Source: Obrimoposthia wandeli (lineage: Eukaryota). Taken from it: 64,000 nucleotides of DNA. Made by a program: the position numbers and the translations under genes. The notes below the pieces were generated by a model. The model ran no database searches, had not been told where the DNA came from, and was given only the letters and a program-made list of their open reading frames with translations. The DNA is taken from NCBI GenBank assembly GCA_977020255.1, contig CDROCS010002814.1:124001-188000 (forward strand), read 5' to 3'. Of this stretch, positions 1 through 10,137 are shown piece after piece (the stretch's first letter is position 1; each line of letters starts with the position of its first letter).

Positions 1-906
1 CACTGGATTGATGATCAATTTAGTAAAGCTTGCGCTGCGGGGGAGACAGAAGTGAGAAGGCTGTTTCACGGCAGAAGTGGCAACATAAGTGAGTTTACAC
101 AAGTAGTAATAGATTGGTTGCCAAGCATTGCAGTAATTCGTTTGTATGATGATTTAGCAGCAGATAAGCTTGCGGCCTTGGTTGATTTTTTAGCAGCGAA
201 AAGTGCCGTCAGTGGTGTGCTTATACAAGAGCGAGGCCGTAAACGCGAAACCAAATTCCATATCGCTTACGGTGATGTACCCCAGCAATTAATTGTGAAG
301 GAAGCGGGGCTTTGTTTTCAGATAGAGCCGCTACAGTTTCAAAATTTTGGTTTGTTTTTGGATATGCGTAATGGGCGTGCTTGGTTAAGAGAAAATACAC
401 AAGATTGCAAAGTGCTTAATTTGTTCTCTTATACTTGTGCATTTTCGGTAGCAGCTGTTGCAGGTGGTGCAAGTTTAGTGGTCAATGTTGATCTGAGTAA
501 ACGCGCATTAACCATTGGCCGTACTAATCATCAGTTAAATGATCATGTTAAAGATGCAGCGATGTTTATGCCTTACGATATGTTGAAATCTTGGTCGCGC
601 ATTAAAAAGCCAGGGCCTTATGATATCGTGGTGATTGATCCCCCTAGCTTTCAGCCGGGCTCTTTTATTGCACAAAACGATTATGTAAAAGTGCTAAGGC
701 GCTTAGGTCAGCTTACTTGTGATGGCGCTAAAGTGATGCTTTGTCATAATGATCCAGGGCAAAGTAGTGAGTTTATTCATGCTTTAATGGCCGTTGAATG
801 TGCTGAGTTTTGCTTTGTAGAGCGTTTGGCTGTGCCTGAAGATTTTGCAGAGTTAGATGTTGAGAAAAGCTGTAAAGTTCTTGTTTATAAAAAGTCAATA
901 ACTTAA
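1..906 (+). CDS. Class I SAM-dependent methyltransferase (RlmI/RlmK-like catalytic domain), probably 5'-truncated by the window edge
   Basis: Motifs VLNLFSYTCAFSVAA and DPPSF. The frame is open from base 1 (HWIDDQFSK...), so the true start probably lies upstream of the ORF-track start at 52. Confidence 0.8.
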   Translation, partial: HWIDDQFSKACAAGETEVRRLFHGRSGNISEFTQVVIDWLPSIAVIRLYDDLAADKLAALVDFLAAKSAVSGVLIQERGRKRETKFHIAYGDVPQQLIVKEAGLCFQIEPLQFQNFGLFLDMRNGRAWLRENTQDCKVLNLFSYTCAFSVAAVAGGASLVVNVDLSKRALTIGRTNHQLNDHVKDAAMFMPYDMLKSWSRIKKPGPYDIVVIDPPSFQPGSFIAQNDYVKVLRRLGQLTCDGAKVMLCHNDPGQSSEFIHALMAVECAEFCFVERLAVPEDFAELDVEKSCKVLVYKKSIT

Positions 907-927
907 GGGAAAATATTAAAGTATAAT

Positions 928-960
928 AGCGCTTAATATCAATTGTTAAAATTAAGCGCT
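928..960. terminator. Hairpin between convergent genes (probable terminator)
   Basis: Perfect 10-bp inverted repeat AGCGCTTAAT (928-937) / ATTAAGCGCT (951-960). Confidence 0.5.
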
Positions 961-992
961 GCGCAGTAAATCATAGCAACGTTGTGGTGGCT

Positions 993-2456
993 TTAAGCAA
1001 TGCGATATTGAGTTTGTTGTTTGGCTGTAAACAACGCCGTTGCTGTACGGTAGTCTTCAGCTAGCGTAATCGCTGTCACTACCGCGATCGAGCCCACGCC
1101 TGAATCTAGCACCGGATCAATATTGCCCAGCTTAATGCCTCCGATAGCGACGATAGGGAAGTGTTCAGTAAGGGTTTTACACCAATTTTTCAAATTATGT
1201 AAACCAATCAAAATAGCGGGTTTAGTTTGGGTGTTATACACCGTGCCCATGGCTATATAGCTAGGTTCAATTGATATAGCACGTAGCCATTCGTATTCAC
1301 TATGGGTACTAATACCTAAGCGTAAGCCTGCTTGTTGAATGGCTTGTAAATCAGTTTCATCTAAATCTTCTTGGCCTAAATGAACTCCATAGCAATGGTG
1401 TTTTATAGCTAGCTGCCAGTAATCATTAATAAAGAGGCGCGCTTGATACTTTTCACCAAGTTGTGCCGCTTGCGCTATCATTTTATCAAGCTGTTCTGGT
1501 GAAGTATCTTTAATGCGAATTTGAATGGTTTTAACGCCGAGTTCTAAAAGTTTTTGTAACCAAGCAACACTATCAACCACTGGATATAAACCAAGCGATA
1601 AAGTGTTTGTGCTTTTAAACGGCATGAGTTTCGTTTGGTTTTCCTGGTCACCTGCCACATAATTGAGTGCAGTGGTGAGCTGAGGAAAGTAGCTAAGATC
1701 ACAAGGCCACTGTGTGAGGCTTGTTTGTATGGCGATATCACTATTATGCAATTGCTCAAAGTATTGATTGAGGTGAGCAAAGCTCAGCACAATAGCATCA
1801 CAACTGCGTTTAGCACAGAGCATAAACGCCGCTATGCTTGCAGATAATGCGCCGCTGTGAGCTAAGAAACCAACATGCTGGTGAGAGTTGCTTAAGACAG
1901 CTTGTGTGAGGTGGTCAAGATAAAAGCATGCATCGTTTGTTGAGTTTATAATAGCAATGGCTTTACAGTCTATTGCTTTTACGTTACTTGAGTTCTGTGC
2001 AAAAGATTGCTCAATACCAATTTTTTGATCAGTGAAATACGCGATTAAATGCTCATTTGTAATTAGTAAATCACTTTTATAACAAAGCTTTATTAGGTTT
2101 TCTTTATGTAGAGTGTTGTTGTGTGTGGCTATTTGTGCAGATGTAAATTCCAATTCAACAATGCAAAAAACATCATTATCAGTATTGATTGTTGCTAATG
2201 AATTAAGCGCCGCTTCAATATCACAAAGCTGGGTTAAGACAAATCTGGCGATTTTATCATGATTTACAGAGCTGTTGTTAGGTGTACAACTAGATGCAAT
2301 GTTGTACTGCGCTGCAATTTCAGGGTTTTGTAACAGACCTTGTAGCAATGTATCGATTTTATAAAGGCTATCAGCCGGGAAATCACTATAGCAAATTCCC
2401 TGAGTTTCTTGGGGTATTACAGATAAATTTACAGGCATTATACTCTTCTCATACAT
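993..2456 (-). CDS. thiE: Thiamine-phosphate synthase with long N-terminal degenerate ThiD-like region
   Basis: C-terminal ThiE motifs ([38 protein letters not shown]); last gene of the thi operon. Confidence 0.9.
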   Translation of the reverse strand: MYEKSIMPVNLSVIPQETQGICYSDFPADSLYKIDTLLQGLLQNPEIAAQYNIASSCTPNNSSVNHDKIARFVLTQLCDIEAALNSLATINTDNDVFCIVELEFTSAQIATHNNTLHKENLIKLCYKSDLLITNEHLIAYFTDQKIGIEQSFAQNSSNVKAIDCKAIAIINSTNDACFYLDHLTQAVLSNSHQHVGFLAHSGALSASIAAFMLCAKRSCDAIVLSFAHLNQYFEQLHNSDIAIQTSLTQWPCDLSYFPQLTTALNYVAGDQENQTKLMPFKSTNTLSLGLYPVVDSVAWLQKLLELGVKTIQIRIKDTSPEQLDKMIAQAAQLGEKYQARLFINDYWQLAIKHHCYGVHLGQEDLDETDLQAIQQAGLRLGISTHSEYEWLRAISIEPSYIAMGTVYNTQTKPAILIGLHNLKNWCKTLTEHFPIVAIGGIKLGNIDPVLDSGVGSIAVVTAITLAEDYRTATALFTAKQQTQYRIA

Positions 2457-3277
2457 TATTCTGATACGCTATTTTGATGCCAAAAAGGCTGGCCTAAAAT
2501 AGGAGTGCTTGGGGCAGCAGTTTGCCTGCGTTGCATCAAGCCAGCTAAATAACCCGCGCGTCCTGCGCTAATAGCCAGTGAAAAAGCTTTTGCCATCAAT
2601 ACTGGGTTATCGGCTTTTGCCACGGCTGTATTTAGTAAAACGGCATCGTAACCCATTTCAAGTGCAGCGGCGGCTTGTGATGGGCAGCCAAGACCTGCAT
2701 CGATGATTAAAGGAATGTCAGTAATGCGTTCGCGCAAGCTTTGTAAGTGATATTTATTTAATAAGCCTTGCCCAGTACCAATAGGAGCACCCCATGGCAT
2801 CAGTGCTTTGCAGCCTGCATCGCGCAGGCGCAAGCAAAGCACTAAGTCATCTGTGCAGTAAGGCAGTACTTTAAAGCCACGAGAGATAAGCTCTTTAGCG
2901 GCAATTACCAGCTCAAATGGATCTGGTTGTAAATTATAATCATCGCCAATTACTTCCAGTTTAATCCAAGAAGTATCGAACAGTTCTCTAGACATTTCAG
3001 CAAGATTAATAGCTTCTTTTGCCGATTTGCAGCCAGCAGTATTAGGTAGCAGCTTACAGCCGGTTTCTTTGATCATCTGCCAAAAGCTATCCCCTTTGTT
3101 TTCCTGAGGATTTTGACGGCGCAAGCTCAACGTGATGAATTCAGATTCAGATGCTTTAATAGCCTCACACATTTCGCTAGGCGAGCGGTACAGTGCGGTG
3201 CCCAATAAAAAGCGGCTGTTGAAGGTTTCATCATATAGTGTGAGTAAATCTGCGTTGTTATTTGCTAAATCTTGCAT
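2456..3277 (-). CDS. thiG: Thiazole synthase
   Basis: [39 protein letters not shown] motifs. Confidence 0.97.
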   Translation of the reverse strand: MQDLANNNADLLTLYDETFNSRFLLGTALYRSPSEMCEAIKASESEFITLSLRRQNPQENKGDSFWQMIKETGCKLLPNTAGCKSAKEAINLAEMSRELFDTSWIKLEVIGDDYNLQPDPFELVIAAKELISRGFKVLPYCTDDLVLCLRLRDAGCKALMPWGAPIGTGQGLLNKYHLQSLRERITDIPLIIDAGLGCPSQAAAALEMGYDAVLLNTAVAKADNPVLMAKAFSLAISAGRAGYLAGLMQRRQTAAPSTPILGQPFWHQNSVSE

Positions 3278-3480
3278 TAGCCGCCTCCAATAGGTTTAAC
3301 GATGTCGATCTGATCATCGGCTGATAAAATAGTATTTGAATATTGCGTTTTTGGTACGAATTCGCCGTTTACTGCTACCGCAATAATTTGCTCACTAAAT
3401 CCCGCAACGCTAATTAACTGCTGTAAGTTACTATGCTCTTCTATAAGCAAGGCATTATTATTGACTGATACGTTAAGCAC
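3277..3480 (-). CDS. thiS: Sulfur carrier protein
   Basis: 67 aa, [11 protein letters not shown]-terminal GG; coupled to thiO and thiG. Confidence 0.95.
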   Translation of the reverse strand: MLNVSVNNNALLIEEHSNLQQLISVAGFSEQIIAVAVNGEFVPKTQYSNTILSADDQIDIVKPIGGG

Positions 3481-4591
3481 TTGTTTGCTCCGAAATAGAA
3501 AAAAGAGTGTGGTGATGTTCGCACTGGTTGCCTTCTAGCCACTGCATAACACTGTTAATAATGGCGGGAGCCACTAAGTAGCCGTGTCTAAAGAGACCGT
3601 TGATTGAAACGTGTTTGTCTTGTACTAATACTTGTGCTCGATTATCGGCTAGCGCTGGGCGCAAGTTAGTGCCTTGTTCGATGATTCGCGCTTCTGCAAA
3701 CGCGGGGTTTAAGCTGTACATGGCACTGCACAGCTCTAACATGGATTGCACTGAAACAGGAGAATCATCTTCGCTTTCAATTTGGGTCGCGCCGATAACA
3801 TATTGATCGTTTGGTTTAGGGCACATATACAATTGATAGCGCGGATGCATTAAACGCACAGGGCGGCTCAGTTTCACCTCTGGACAATGAACCCTTAATA
3901 CTTCGCCACGTACTCCTCTTAGGTTGCTTAGCTGTGCTTTAGCGCCCACACCACGACAATCAAATACCCAATCAAACGTTTCACTACCTTTCGCGTGATG
4001 CACTGTATTGTTTTGCACTTGCACAGAGGTGTTATCGATAAGCTTCACCCCTTGCTCAATACTTGCTTTTAATAGCATGGCCATTAAATGTCGATTATCG
4101 ATATTCGCTTCATCAGGTAGCAGCATGCCATCATTAAAGCCGTTACCTAAATTCGGTTCTAATTGCTGGATTTGAGCAGTGTTTAAATCTTGGTACTGCG
4201 CATTAGAGGTGGCGGCTAAATTTTTTACTCTGCGTCTAAAGTGAGTGAGTTCAGGGGTGTCTTGAGGATGGCAAATAATTAAGCTGCCATTATGTTGATA
4301 ATAAAGTTTTTCGTGGCAGGTGGCTTCAAGCTGCCCAATGATGTTAGGCCATAGTTGTAAAGATGTTTCGCCTAAATCAAAAGTATCTAGATCTGATTCT
4401 AGGGTTTCAGAAATAGGTGCAATCATACCGGCGGCGGTAAAAGCAGCGGCTGACAACGAAGCCACATCAAGTGTGTTATTAATTTGATTTGCTTCAAACA
4501 AGCTAACACAGTGCGAATGTCTACTAAGTTGGTGGGCTAGTAGCCTGCCTACTAAGCCTGCACCAATGATGGCAATATTTAGGGTAGTCAT
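3473..4591 (-). CDS. thiO: Glycine oxidase (FAD-dependent)
   Basis: GAGLVG FAD motif, AAGMIAP, LRGVRGE, GLFRHGYL; context with thiSG. Confidence 0.92.
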   Translation of the reverse strand: MTTLNIAIIGAGLVGRLLAHQLSRHSHCVSLFEANQINNTLDVASLSAAAFTAAGMIAPISETLESDLDTFDLGETSLQLWPNIIGQLEATCHEKLYYQHNGSLIICHPQDTPELTHFRRRVKNLAATSNAQYQDLNTAQIQQLEPNLGNGFNDGMLLPDEANIDNRHLMAMLLKASIEQGVKLIDNTSVQVQNNTVHHAKGSETFDWVFDCRGVGAKAQLSNLRGVRGEVLRVHCPEVKLSRPVRLMHPRYQLYMCPKPNDQYVIGATQIESEDDSPVSVQSMLELCSAMYSLNPAFAEARIIEQGTNLRPALADNRAQVLVQDKHVSINGLFRHGYLVAPAIINSVMQWLEGNQCEHHHTLFSISEQTSA

Positions 4592-4684
4592 AATGTGTTG
4601 TGCCCATTAAAAAATAAAAATGGGACAAGAAAAAAAACAGTACCCAGGTGCAAGGGGTAAATCTGCAAAGGGAAGGCTGCTAAT

Positions 4685-4793
4685 TCTTGTTCCCTACGCA
4701 GGTGTTAACCTGATCAGGTTCAACGGGATTTGGCATAGCCAATCTCAGCCTAAATACATCAAAAATGATGGATAATAAGGCACCCCGACAAGA
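4685..4793 (-). promoter_or_regulatory. TPP riboswitch aptamer
   Basis: Minus strand reads TCTTGTCGGGGTGCC...GGCTGAGA...CCCGTTGAACCTGATCAGGTTAACACCTGCGTAGGGAACAAGA, with canonical TPP motifs and a closing P1 stem, about 95 bp upstream of thiO. Confidence 0.95.
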
Positions 4794-4898
4794 TCAGAGG
4801 CAAGTCTAGTGGTTAGCGCAAAAACAGGCAAGTACATTTGGGGGTTTAGGTTATCTAACAGCCGTGTATATAGTTAAAGGCGCGCTAAAAACCTCTAG

Positions 4899-5624
4899 TT
4901 ATCTATTTAATAGGCAGGCTTCTTGGTTGAGTTTAGCGAATGCTTGCTGCATCTTCTGGTGGCATAAGCTCGCGAGTTGTTTTGCGTCGTCAGCACTGTG
5001 GCAATCTTTGGTTTCGATAGGGTCAAAAACTTGAGCAATGACATAACCGTTATTCCATTTATTAAGCTTTATATGGCTCGTTGAGCTCAATACAACCGGA
5101 ACTATCGCCACTTTAGCTTGAATGGCAGTATGAAATGCACCCATTTTAAATGGTAGCAGGCCTTTGCCGTTGCTACGAGTACCCTCTGGGAAAAGCCACA
5201 CACAAAGTTGCTGTGTGCTAAGGCGCAAAGCAACTTGGCTTATGGTATCGCGGGCACGGCTTTTATTTTGGCGATCAATAAGAATGTTCCCTGATAACCA
5301 AAAAAGTGGGCCAAAAAATGGAATCCAGCGAATGCTTTTTTTACCGACACATACCGTATTATTGCTGACCATGGCAGAAATAGTGGCTAAATCGTAAGTG
5401 TTTTGATGGTTGCCTATAAATACTTTGCTAGTGCTGTCTAGATTGGAGTTAAAGCGTTTAATCACTTTGATGCCTATTAAAGGCGCCATTAGCCTACTGA
5501 GGTTACGCGCCAAAATAGGGGTGTTGTTTTTGTGGAAAGGGCGGCACAAGCAAAATAGCAGACCTAAGATACAAAACGAAAAGAACGCAAAAGGAAGAAC
5601 CAAGCAGCGAATCAAAGCAACCAT
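4899..5624 (-). CDS. plsC: 1-acyl-sn-glycerol-3-phosphate acyltransferase
   Basis: NHQNTYD (HX4D) and FPEGTRS motifs. Confidence 0.93.
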   Translation of the reverse strand: MVALIRCLVLPFAFFSFCILGLLFCLCRPFHKNNTPILARNLSRLMAPLIGIKVIKRFNSNLDSTSKVFIGNHQNTYDLATISAMVSNNTVCVGKKSIRWIPFFGPLFWLSGNILIDRQNKSRARDTISQVALRLSTQQLCVWLFPEGTRSNGKGLLPFKMGAFHTAIQAKVAIVPVVLSSTSHIKLNKWNNGYVIAQVFDPIETKDCHSADDAKQLASLCHQKMQQAFAKLNQEACLLNR

Positions 5625-5769
5625 TGTATAAACTCGAGAAATGAAGATGTTAAATATTAACGTGAAGGCGTTATATTGGGATAGTAAAATAATTGATTTA
5701 GTTTAATGTTCTACTCATTTAATAGAGATTAATTAGGCAGAGCCTAAATCATCAGAGGGTTAATTTCCA

Positions 5770-5851
5770 GCCCCTTGGGGCGAATATTAGTAACAACGAT
5801 GCCCCGCTTCACACAGTGAAGCCGAACGAAGTGAGAGGGCTTGCCCCGGGG
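5770..5851. repeat. GC-rich palindrome cluster (REP-like or IS-end relic)
   Basis: GCCCC-TT-GGGGC (5770-5781), GCTTCAC-ACA-GTGAAGC (5806-5822) and CCCCGGGG (5844-5851) in an otherwise AT-rich intergenic region. Confidence 0.45.
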
Positions 5852-6031
5852 ATGTTTATTGCGTTTTAACTTCGATTTTATCTAACTGTTTTTTTAGTGT
5901 ATTAAATATCAAAAAATATGATGACACTGTCGTTATAAATATCTTTAATATAAGATGCTGGGCATGGTTTAAGTAACTTCACTGTTCGTGTAAAAAATCG
6001 TTCTTAATATTGTTTTATAGTAGGTATCAAC

Positions 6032-7027
6032 ATGATAGATTTTTCAGCCATTGCTAGAGTGGATATTACTCATGGTACTACTGCATTGGAATTTGCGCCG
6101 CGTTTGTCAGCTGAACTAGGCTGTAAATTATATTTTAAGCGCGACGATTGTACCGGCTTAGCAGGAGGAGGTAACAAAACACGTAAGTTAGAGTATTTGA
6201 TGGCGGATGCTTTGCAGCAAAAGGCTGACACGATTGTGACATTAGGTGGTTTGCAGTCTAATCATGCTCGCCAAAGCGCCGCTGCTGCTGCAAAGTTTGG
6301 TTTAGGCTGCGAATTAGTGCTAGAAGATGTGGCTGGTACACCTAAAGCTGATTTTTATAGTAATGGCAATTTGCTTTTAAATACTATTTTAGGTGCCAAT
6401 ATTCATAAGTTAGGGGTTGATGCAGATCTGCAAGGATATAGTGACCAGCTGCTAATTGATCTTAAAACGCAAGGTAAAAAGCCCTACTTTATTCCGATAG
6501 GAGGATCAAACGTGATTGGCTCTTTAGGCTATGTCCGTTGCGCACTGGAAATGGTAGAGCAATTAAAAGAGCAAAATATTCACATAGATCAGATTGTCAT
6601 TGCAAGTGGTAGCTCTGGCACACAAGCAGGCTTGTTAGCAGGTTTGATTATGGCAGGTAGTGATATTTCAGTATTGGGTATTAGCGTGAGTAAAACCACT
6701 GAGCATCAAGCACGTTTAGTGACCGAGCTTTTAATAGAGCTACTTAACTTTTTAGAGATCGATCCTGCTTTGGCTGAGGGAAAAGTACATACCAATGGTA
6801 ATTATTTTGGTACAGGCTATGGCGTGAGTACTAAAGCGATGGTTGATGCTGTTAAATTATGTGCCTCTAAAGAGGGGGTTTTGCTGGATCCAGTTTACAC
6901 CGGTAAAGCGATGGCAGGCATGATCGATTTGTTAAAGACGCAACAAATAGATAATAACGCGACTCAGCTTTTCTTACATACAGGTGGTAGTGCAGGGTTA
7001 TTTGCTTACCAAGAAGTTTTTAATTAA
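6032..7027 (+). CDS. dcyD: D-cysteine desulfhydrase (PLP-dependent)
   Basis: KRDDCTG...GGNKTRKLEY, QSNHAR, SGSSGT, LDPVYTGKA motifs. Confidence 0.9.
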   Translation: MIDFSAIARVDITHGTTALEFAPRLSAELGCKLYFKRDDCTGLAGGGNKTRKLEYLMADALQQKADTIVTLGGLQSNHARQSAAAAAKFGLGCELVLEDVAGTPKADFYSNGNLLLNTILGANIHKLGVDADLQGYSDQLLIDLKTQGKKPYFIPIGGSNVIGSLGYVRCALEMVEQLKEQNIHIDQIVIASGSSGTQAGLLAGLIMAGSDISVLGISVSKTTEHQARLVTELLIELLNFLEIDPALAEGKVHTNGNYFGTGYGVSTKAMVDAVKLCASKEGVLLDPVYTGKAMAGMIDLLKTQQIDNNATQLFLHTGGSAGLFAYQEVFN

Positions 7028-7057
7028 TGAATAGATATATGTAAACGTCATTCGCGC

Positions 7058-7246
7058 TTATTTTTTGGGAGTGCGGGTGTTGGCTTTTTTCTTAAATAAA
7101 TTTAATAGTGCATCTTTTGGGCTTTTATCGACTGGCATAGCTGTTTCAAAACGCTGTTTCATTTGATTAAAGCCCGCTTCCTTTTTTTCATGCATAACCC
7201 GATGTTGATGTTCTTTGAAATTGACAACATTGTCTTTATCTTTCAC
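7058..7246 (-). CDS. Small hypothetical protein
   Basis: 62-aa charged ORF alone in the intergenic space; protein-like composition. Confidence 0.55.
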   Translation of the reverse strand: MKDKDNVVNFKEHQHRVMHEKKEAGFNQMKQRFETAMPVDKSPKDALLNLFKKKANTRTPKK

Positions 7247-7511
7247 TTTAAATACCTAGTGTTCATTATCGATAAAAAATTACGCGTAAATCTTTTACAT
7301 AAATATACTAATTCAGCGCATTGATAGCAATATGTAGATTTTATAGAAAGTCAGTGGGGAGTTACTATCATAAAATCTGATGAAGCTTAATAGTACGGTG
7401 ATGTTTAGGATGGCTTATAATACTTGAATTGGAAAACAATAATTTTTAGCGACATTTTAGGAGTTAAACTCCAAAATGTCGCCAAACGGTCGTATTACGT
7501 TTTTTCGGGCA

Positions 7512-8705
7512 TTAGCTTTCTTCGCTAGCAACAGGGGTTGATGCGGGTAAAATAGCATCTACAGGCTGTTGCGAATCAGTTCTTGCGTTACGTAGCGTTT
7601 CAAGAATATCTTGAATTTTAGTTAAACTTGAATTAAATACTGATTGTTGCTCTTTATCAGCATCAATAAAGCGGCTATCTTGCTGTACTAAGCTATCTAG
7701 TAGGCGTTGGCTTACTTTTGAGATATCTTGTAAGAAGTCTAATTCAGGTCTTTGCGTCGCTTGATCAAGATTATTGAGTAAATGCCCTGATAGCTTTCCT
7801 ATGTCAGGTGTCGCATTGTTCTGCACAGTGCTATAACTTGAAGCCGCACTGTATTCCTGAGATTTGGTTAGCTGTAAATTCATCGATGCTAGTTCGGTTT
7901 TATCTAACGTAAACTCTGAAGCACTCTCAAACGCTTTTTGCACGTCGCCGTTAAAAAATTCATTTGATATTTCAGTAACATCAGTAATTAATTTTGAAAT
8001 GGCTTCTAGCTCAGCTGGGTCTAAATCGCCCTGTACTTGAAACTGAAAAGAGCTACTATGGCTTTGGGATAACTCAAAAGAAGCCGCTGAATTCCCCTTG
8101 CCATCACTGACCGCTGCAAAAGAGGCTTCTTGGCTGCTTTGATTGGCAAATAAAATTTTAACAGTATCGCCATCTTGAGTTTTTAGATCTAAAGAAAATG
8201 TTTCAGCGTTACTAAAGCGTTCAGCTGCTGCTACTTGTGTATGGTAAGCACCTATATTTGGCTGAGAGCTGCCAGATGGATTAATAGCATCTAATGCTTT
8301 GAAAGTTAAATCTTCTGTTTTTTCCACGTTGCTAGCAATATCGCCGTTGAGGAGATTGAGACTTTCTAAAATCTCTTTTGCCTCTTCAAAGCCTTTTTTG
8401 ACACCTGCAACTGCCGCATCAAATTTACTTTGAATATCAGCTTCGCTTCGGCCTTCGTTGCGAGCGTTCTGCAATCCTTGCGCTACAAATTTAGAAATTC
8501 TTTCGGCAATTTTGCCTGGGGTGAAATCACTAGTGGCTAAATCTGTTACGTCTTCTTTTTTAAGACCAGGAACATTTTGTGCTAAGCGTTCTAGCATTGC
8601 TTCATTAGCCGTCGCACCAGGATTACGGCTGGTTTCACTCTCGAAAGAGCTTATTTCAGTATGTTGGCGCACATAGGAAGTATTGGAGAAAGTTGTATTA
8701 ATCAT
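7512..8705 (-). CDS. DUF5610-family protein
   Basis: Segment F..AVAGVKKGFEEAKEILESLNLL.GDIAS and C-terminal FQFQVQGDLDPAELEAI resemble DUF5610 proteins (from memory). Confidence 0.7.
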   Translation of the reverse strand: MINTTFSNTSYVRQHTEISSFESETSRNPGATANEAMLERLAQNVPGLKKEDVTDLATSDFTPGKIAERISKFVAQGLQNARNEGRSEADIQSKFDAAVAGVKKGFEEAKEILESLNLLNGDIASNVEKTEDLTFKALDAINPSGSSQPNIGAYHTQVAAAERFSNAETFSLDLKTQDGDTVKILFANQSSQEASFAAVSDGKGNSAASFELSQSHSSSFQFQVQGDLDPAELEAISKLITDVTEISNEFFNGDVQKAFESASEFTLDKTELASMNLQLTKSQEYSAASSYSTVQNNATPDIGKLSGHLLNNLDQATQRPELDFLQDISKVSQRLLDSLVQQDSRFIDADKEQQSVFNSSLTKIQDILETLRNARTDSQQPVDAILPASTPVASEES

Positions 8706-8743
8706 ATCAGAGCCCTCTTAATTTAATTTAATACGATAATTAC

Positions 8744-8770
8744 CTATCGGCCTAGGATTGATAAAATTGA
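8744..8770 (-). promoter_or_regulatory. Sigma28 (FliA)-type promoter
   Basis: Minus strand TCAA-N15-GCCGATAG, ending 39 bp upstream of the DUF5610 start; matches T(A/C)AA-N15-GCCGATAA. Confidence 0.7.
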
Positions 8771-9106
8771 GTGTTTTAATGAAAAATTATATAAATAATT
8801 TAAAGTAGAGAAAAGCTATTACTCATTAATTATCAAATTGGCGTATTAGAATGATTTGTTCAATAAATAAACTATAGAAATTGCAATGAGTTACTTAAAA
8901 TCAGGTGGAAAAGTTACATTCATGAACTTATATTTAAAATTGAAAGTATCTTTACTGTTCTTAAACGGGAAAGAATATTAGACATAACAGTGGAGATTAT
9001 ATAAAATTTTTAGTTAAAGTGGCAAATAATTTGAGGCTTGTACAAAAAAATAGTATAAGTTTAAAGTCATAACATTAGTTAATCATCTTACTGTTAAAGG
9101 AATAGT

Positions 9107-9592
9107 ATGAGAGATATCCATAAAGGTAGCGTTTTATTATTGCTCGCGCTCATCGCCAGCTTAATAACGCTGTCTGTGGAAGATCGTCATTGGGAATTAC
9201 CTTTCGCGAAGTATTATGTAGATCCTAATAGTGATGTTGCAGAGATACAAGCACAGCTATTTGCAGGTTTAGACCCTACAGTAAATGCAGCGCCCACTGC
9301 AGCGGGTAAACCAAAAACTAAAGCGTTAGCCTCTGTTTGCTTTAAAGGTAAAATCGCTAGGGATAGGGCTTCAGATTTGTTCCACGATGCAGCTTACGTT
9401 TCAATAAAAGAAACCGATGATACCTTTATAGAAATTAATAAGAACGCTTACTTGATTAAAAGCGCGTTTGAAACCCTATCGGCTTCTACAGTGAGCGCTC
9501 TGCCAATGCCTATGCACAATAGAATGACGGCAGCTTTACAAGCAGGGCGCTGTACAAAACTAGATTTATATCTCTCTAAAATAAACAGTTAG
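9107..9592 (+). CDS. Hypothetical exported or membrane-anchored protein
   Basis: 161 aa, N-terminal hydrophobic stretch, AAGGA RBS upstream. Confidence 0.65.
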   Translation: MRDIHKGSVLLLLALIASLITLSVEDRHWELPFAKYYVDPNSDVAEIQAQLFAGLDPTVNAAPTAAGKPKTKALASVCFKGKIARDRASDLFHDAAYVSIKETDDTFIEINKNAYLIKSAFETLSASTVSALPMPMHNRMTAALQAGRCTKLDLYLSKINS

Positions 9593-9804
9593 TTAACACC
9601 TGCCTCTCAATACTGCTACGTGATTTGCCGCTTATACTTCAAAATTTATAATAAAACCTTTCAATTGATCGTTAATAGCGATATTAAATTAATCAAATAG
9701 CTATTAGCAATGCCTATTGAATAAACTTATTGCTATGATAAGTGCTTCTGCATTCTCGATATTTAGGTGAATTAGATGGGAAGAGAGCAATATAAGAGGT
9801 TGAT

Positions 9805-10122
9805 ATGACTAATAAGACTCGATCTGAACAAACAGCCAATGAAATCGTAAAAGATGAGCGCAACCCTTTGCTGAGTGCCAATGATATTAATCATATTTTG
9901 GTTCACGGAGCACAAATTTCTTACAGTAAGCTACGTCGTGCAGGTGGTCATAACGCTCGTATTTTTTATTTTGCCGAGATCGGGGTGTATTTGGAAGTAT
10001 CGCTTTCTTCAGGGTCAGGTATTACAGATGGTGCTCGAGAGAGATTATCGGAAATACATCAAAAAGCGTTGAGCACGTTAATGGCTGCAAATATTAAAGA
10101 TAATCATAGTAAGTCGCTATAA
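9805..10122 (+). CDS. Hypothetical protein directly upstream of uvrC
   Basis: 105 aa, GAGG RBS, 15 bp from the uvrC start. Confidence 0.75.
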   Translation: MTNKTRSEQTANEIVKDERNPLLSANDINHILVHGAQISYSKLRRAGGHNARIFYFAEIGVYLEVSLSSGSGITDGARERLSEIHQKALSTLMAANIKDNHSKSL

Positions 10123-10137
10123 GCATAAGGTTGAGCA

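Noticed and set aside
9020-9034. Sigma54-like TGGCAA-N5-TTGA upstream of the 9107 gene
   Set aside because: The conserved -12 GC is missing.
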